From: the human T2T-CHM13v2.0 reference genome, Homo sapiens
Assembly: GCA_009914755.4 (NCBI GenBank)
Contig: CP068257.2
Location: forward strand, 16,096,001 to 16,160,000
DNA length: 64,000 bases
Direction of reading: 5' to 3'
Part shown: one piece after another, positions 60,477-64,000 of the stretch
Layout: every line of letters begins with the position of its first letter
Numbering within the stretch: position 1 is the first letter of the stretch
Translations under genes and position numbers: made by a program
Notes under the pieces: generated by a model
Told to the model about the DNA's origin: nothing
The model's database searches: none
Seen by the model: the letters and a program-made list of their open reading frames with translations, nothing else

Positions 60477-63400
60477 CTATGGAAAAAAAAGAGAAACAAA
60501 AGACTTGAGAAATTTTGTTTTCTATAAGTCACTTTAAGAACATACAAATCTTAGTAAAATCAGAGTCCCTGATAGTCTGTGAATTAGAGGAAAAATGCTA
60601 AAGAATATTAGTATTAATATACAATGTGGCCTAATAATTTCTGCTTCAATATTCAGTAATATTAAATTCTTATGGATAGCAAAATCTTTCTAAGAACTTA
60701 ATTATTCAATTTTAATCCTAGTCTAGAGATGTTACTGCACGATATAAAAAAATACTACTGAACCCAGCAATTTACCTTTACAGATTCTTGGCCTTTACAT
60801 TATAGTGCTTTCTTCATGAAACCTTCTGAAGTACACACTTGCAAAAATATCTATAATATTATGAGGTTCAATAACAGAAATACTGAACAAGTTTTCCTCC
60901 CTAAAACACAGTAAATCATGTTCTTAAATTATGTTTATTGAAAAAAAAAAAACCAGAACCAGAAAAATGCAAATAAAAGTCAAAAATTCAATAAACTATT
61001 TAGATTTATTTTTAAAGAAAATCAAAGCATCTAACATTTTTCACATTTCCATTTTATAGTTACTAAAACCTTATCAAGATAATTTTATTTTCTAGAAGAA
61101 ATGCATTATACTCAATCATTTTCCATACAGCAGTAAATTCAATCTGCCAAGATCCAACAGCCAGTAATTCCTCAACTCACAAATGTTCATTATATACCAT
61201 AAATAACAGAAATATTACTTTTATATCTCTCAACTTAGTAGAGTATAAGTATGCTACCTCAATTGTTTTTTAAAAATATAAAAATTATAAAAATATAAAA
61301 CATTTTCAAATATCTAATACATTTCAAAATACAGAATATATTCACACATTTTTATAAGTTCAAGCCATGTTATTAAAGTTAAACAGCGCTACTTTTATGC
61401 TGAAGGTGAATTAGGAATGTGGACCTGAAAATTTATGTCTGCCAGAATTAACCAGTTTAAATCTGCTTAGCTTTTCAAATGGAGTAAGCGGAGAGCCACT
61501 CAGGAGCTAGTTTAAAAAAAAGTTTTAGCTGATTCATCAGAAAAAAATACATTTTGTAATTCCTCCTTTCCTTTAAAAATTGAACTCATAGTTATTTTAT
61601 TTGAACTCCAAAGTCTGGCTAAAAGAAAGATAATGAAGCATTTGTACTTTAATGGTATGAAATAAAGTATTAGCATACTTGTGAATATTAATGTTTTTAA
61701 AAATATATATAGTATCAGCCAATGGTGGGACTTGATGAGACTGTCAAAACCAAGTGTTAAATTGGTTATCAGTTCCCTCAACAGTTACTGTAAGCTATGT
61801 GAACACACCTCTAAAACATTAATATTGTAAGCACATGTAAACAACTGCTCTCATGAGGTAAACTCAAATATCTGAGCCTTGTTTTTTCCAATGAGTACAA
61901 AAATTGCTGGAAACTTAAACAGAATTTAATATACATCTTATTTATCACTTTGCTCCTTGTACTGCAATTGTGAGCACGTATACATTTCTACCAGTTATTA
62001 TCTGATTAGGTCAAATTTCCAGCAACATTAGAATATGTGAATTATAAATCTCAAAGCTTTATTTGATAATAGAGTATACATCTTTAAAAATGGGAAACTG
62101 ACATAAAAAGGAAGCTCACGAGCTCTGCTTTATTAAGTTTTATTATTACGCATTTTAGATAATAAGACAAAACAGTAGTTATCACAAGTTATACACCAAA
62201 GGAAAAATGGTTCCATTCTGCTATCTGATTCCAATGCTTAGTTTTCTGGGAAACACTGGTATGCAGAGAGAACCTGAAGCTTGCCTATTACTAACTGAAA
62301 CATTTATTAAAGAGCTCCCCTACCCTCTGCAAACTCTTTTAGGTCTTGTTGCCAACAGATGGTTAGCTAATCCCTCAAAACCGTAAATGGTCTCATTCTC
62401 AGTGCACTGCCTCAGCTCTATGTAGCAATGAAATTCTTTAGCATATAAAAAAGGTTGTGAACTAGGCTATGGAAAGTAATTAATATTTATTGTTAAATTT
62501 TGTGGGTTTTTTAGTATTTATACAGAAACTCCGATAAAAAAGTACATTAAATAACTAATTTTCTGATGTACTCTAGAGCTTCAACAACAGGTCAATATAA
62601 TAGATATCTATTTGAAGAATAATGAGGACTTGTAATGTTTATCTACTGTTTCTTCTTAATGATTCATATAATATAATTTCCACTTAGATGTACCTATTGG
62701 CTCCTCGAACTCACCTTACTGAACACTTAACTCCTTTATCTCTCTCACCACACAACTCCAAAACTGATCCCCTTACTGAATCTGGCATCACCAACTAACT
62801 GCTCAAGGAAGAAACCTGGGTGTCCTCCTTGAAAGCTCTTCACTCCCCGCAATCCCAGAGGTTTTGCTGACCGTCTTAACAGATTTCTCCCCCATAAAAT
62901 CTAGCACCTACAACATCTGAAATCCTTCTGCTTCACTCAAGCACCACTCCCACTACAAATGTGGGTCATGATCATCATCACCTCCTGTCTAGTTCTCATT
63001 TCCCCTAAGAAGCCTTGTCTAACCCAAATGTCTGGGTTAGTTTATCACACTAGATTTTACAATTGCCTCTTTCGCGGCCTGTATCTCCTGACAAAATGTA
63101 GGTTCTGTGAAAAATATGGACCATGTCTATCTTACTCATATATTCTCAGTGTCAAAATGCCGGGCACATAGTGGGTACTCAAAAGTAGTTAAATGCATAA
63201 AAGAAAATTAAAAATATATTTTAAAACACCAAAAACAAATCAATTATCACTCAAGGTCCCTTGCAAGGTCCCTCCTAGCAAGGGAACTAGAATTTGCAGT
63301 TCTGCCAGGCTACTCAGCGGGTAATTAAAGGTGTCTTTCAGTGAAGTTACTCCTATATTTAGTCTAATGGGCTATTAGTCTAAAGAACATATCAGTGGCA

Positions 63401-64000
63401 CTGATACAGAAATGGCATTCCTGTGGCATCATTCAATCTGTCAAAGAAAATAATGAATTTCTACTCAAATATATATTTTTAAATAGAAATTTACATACAG
63501 AAAATATACAAGAAGATGGTTTTATGTTAACTGTAGCTCATTCATCTAGATATATACCTCTAATTTCTTTAGTTACATCAGTCGTACTAAAATTTAAAAA
63601 CCTGACTGAGTTTTAAAGTTCAATTAGAAACATTTGTTTTATAAACATATTTAAAAATATCCTGTGCAGCAGTAGCATAGGAAACAAAAACTTCTATAAA
63701 ACACTGACTACTTCATATACTTGAAAAAAATTACTTTTTAATCTAGAAAATAATGTGAGTAGCTCACTTAATTTGCATCAGTAATACACATATCATTTTA
63801 TAAATTCTTGAAGTGATTTGTTGTTTCTACCTCATCAGTTCAAATTATTATAGCAGAAACAACCATTGCTATTTCAAGAGATCCCAGTGAGTTTCCCAAC
63901 TGACTTATCAATTTTAAATGCATTTACAAGCGTAAACAGCTCTGAGCACTAATTTGTTTCCTAAGCAGCTTTTGAAAGGGAATAAATCTAAATGCAACAC

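Overview
This window is primate (almost certainly human) nuclear DNA, not a prokaryotic or phage locus. It is AT-rich, CpG-depleted intronic or intergenic sequence, and more than half of it is interspersed repeats. None of the prokaryote-style systems the prompt hints at is present: no operons, CRISPR arrays, rRNA or tRNA genes.

Repeats recognised by reading both strands:
- about 18 Alu elements or Alu fragments, several with clean target-site duplications
- a 5'-truncated L1PA (11386-15631, minus strand) with a 16-bp TSD
- a nearly full-length but inactivated L1PA (33114-39572, minus strand)
- an ancient L1 3' fragment (about 17850-19990)
- a solo HERV9 LTR12 (20089-21513, plus strand) inserted into an Alu
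- MaLR LTRs (one MST, several MLT1) and a MIR fragment
- several microsatellites

Almost every ORF in the supplied six-frame track is Alu-, L1- or LTR-derived, or a chance ORF in GC-rich LTR12 sequence.

Non-repeat signals worth follow-up:
- Two canonically spliced, CpG-retaining candidate coding exons on the minus strand (59940-60476 and 56772-56938). The second is followed by polyadenylation signals, which suggests the 3' end of an unidentified gene.
- A degenerate tandem array of four paralogous ~0.7-0.8 kb units at 2.9-9.7 kb, with copy-specific Alu insertions.
- Two paralogous LTR-like segments, only one of which carries an MST insertion.
- A duplicated mini-exon-like cassette with strong splice sites (48145-48400).

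All coordinates are approximate (about +/-5 bp). Subfamily calls come from memory of consensus sequences, not from a database search.
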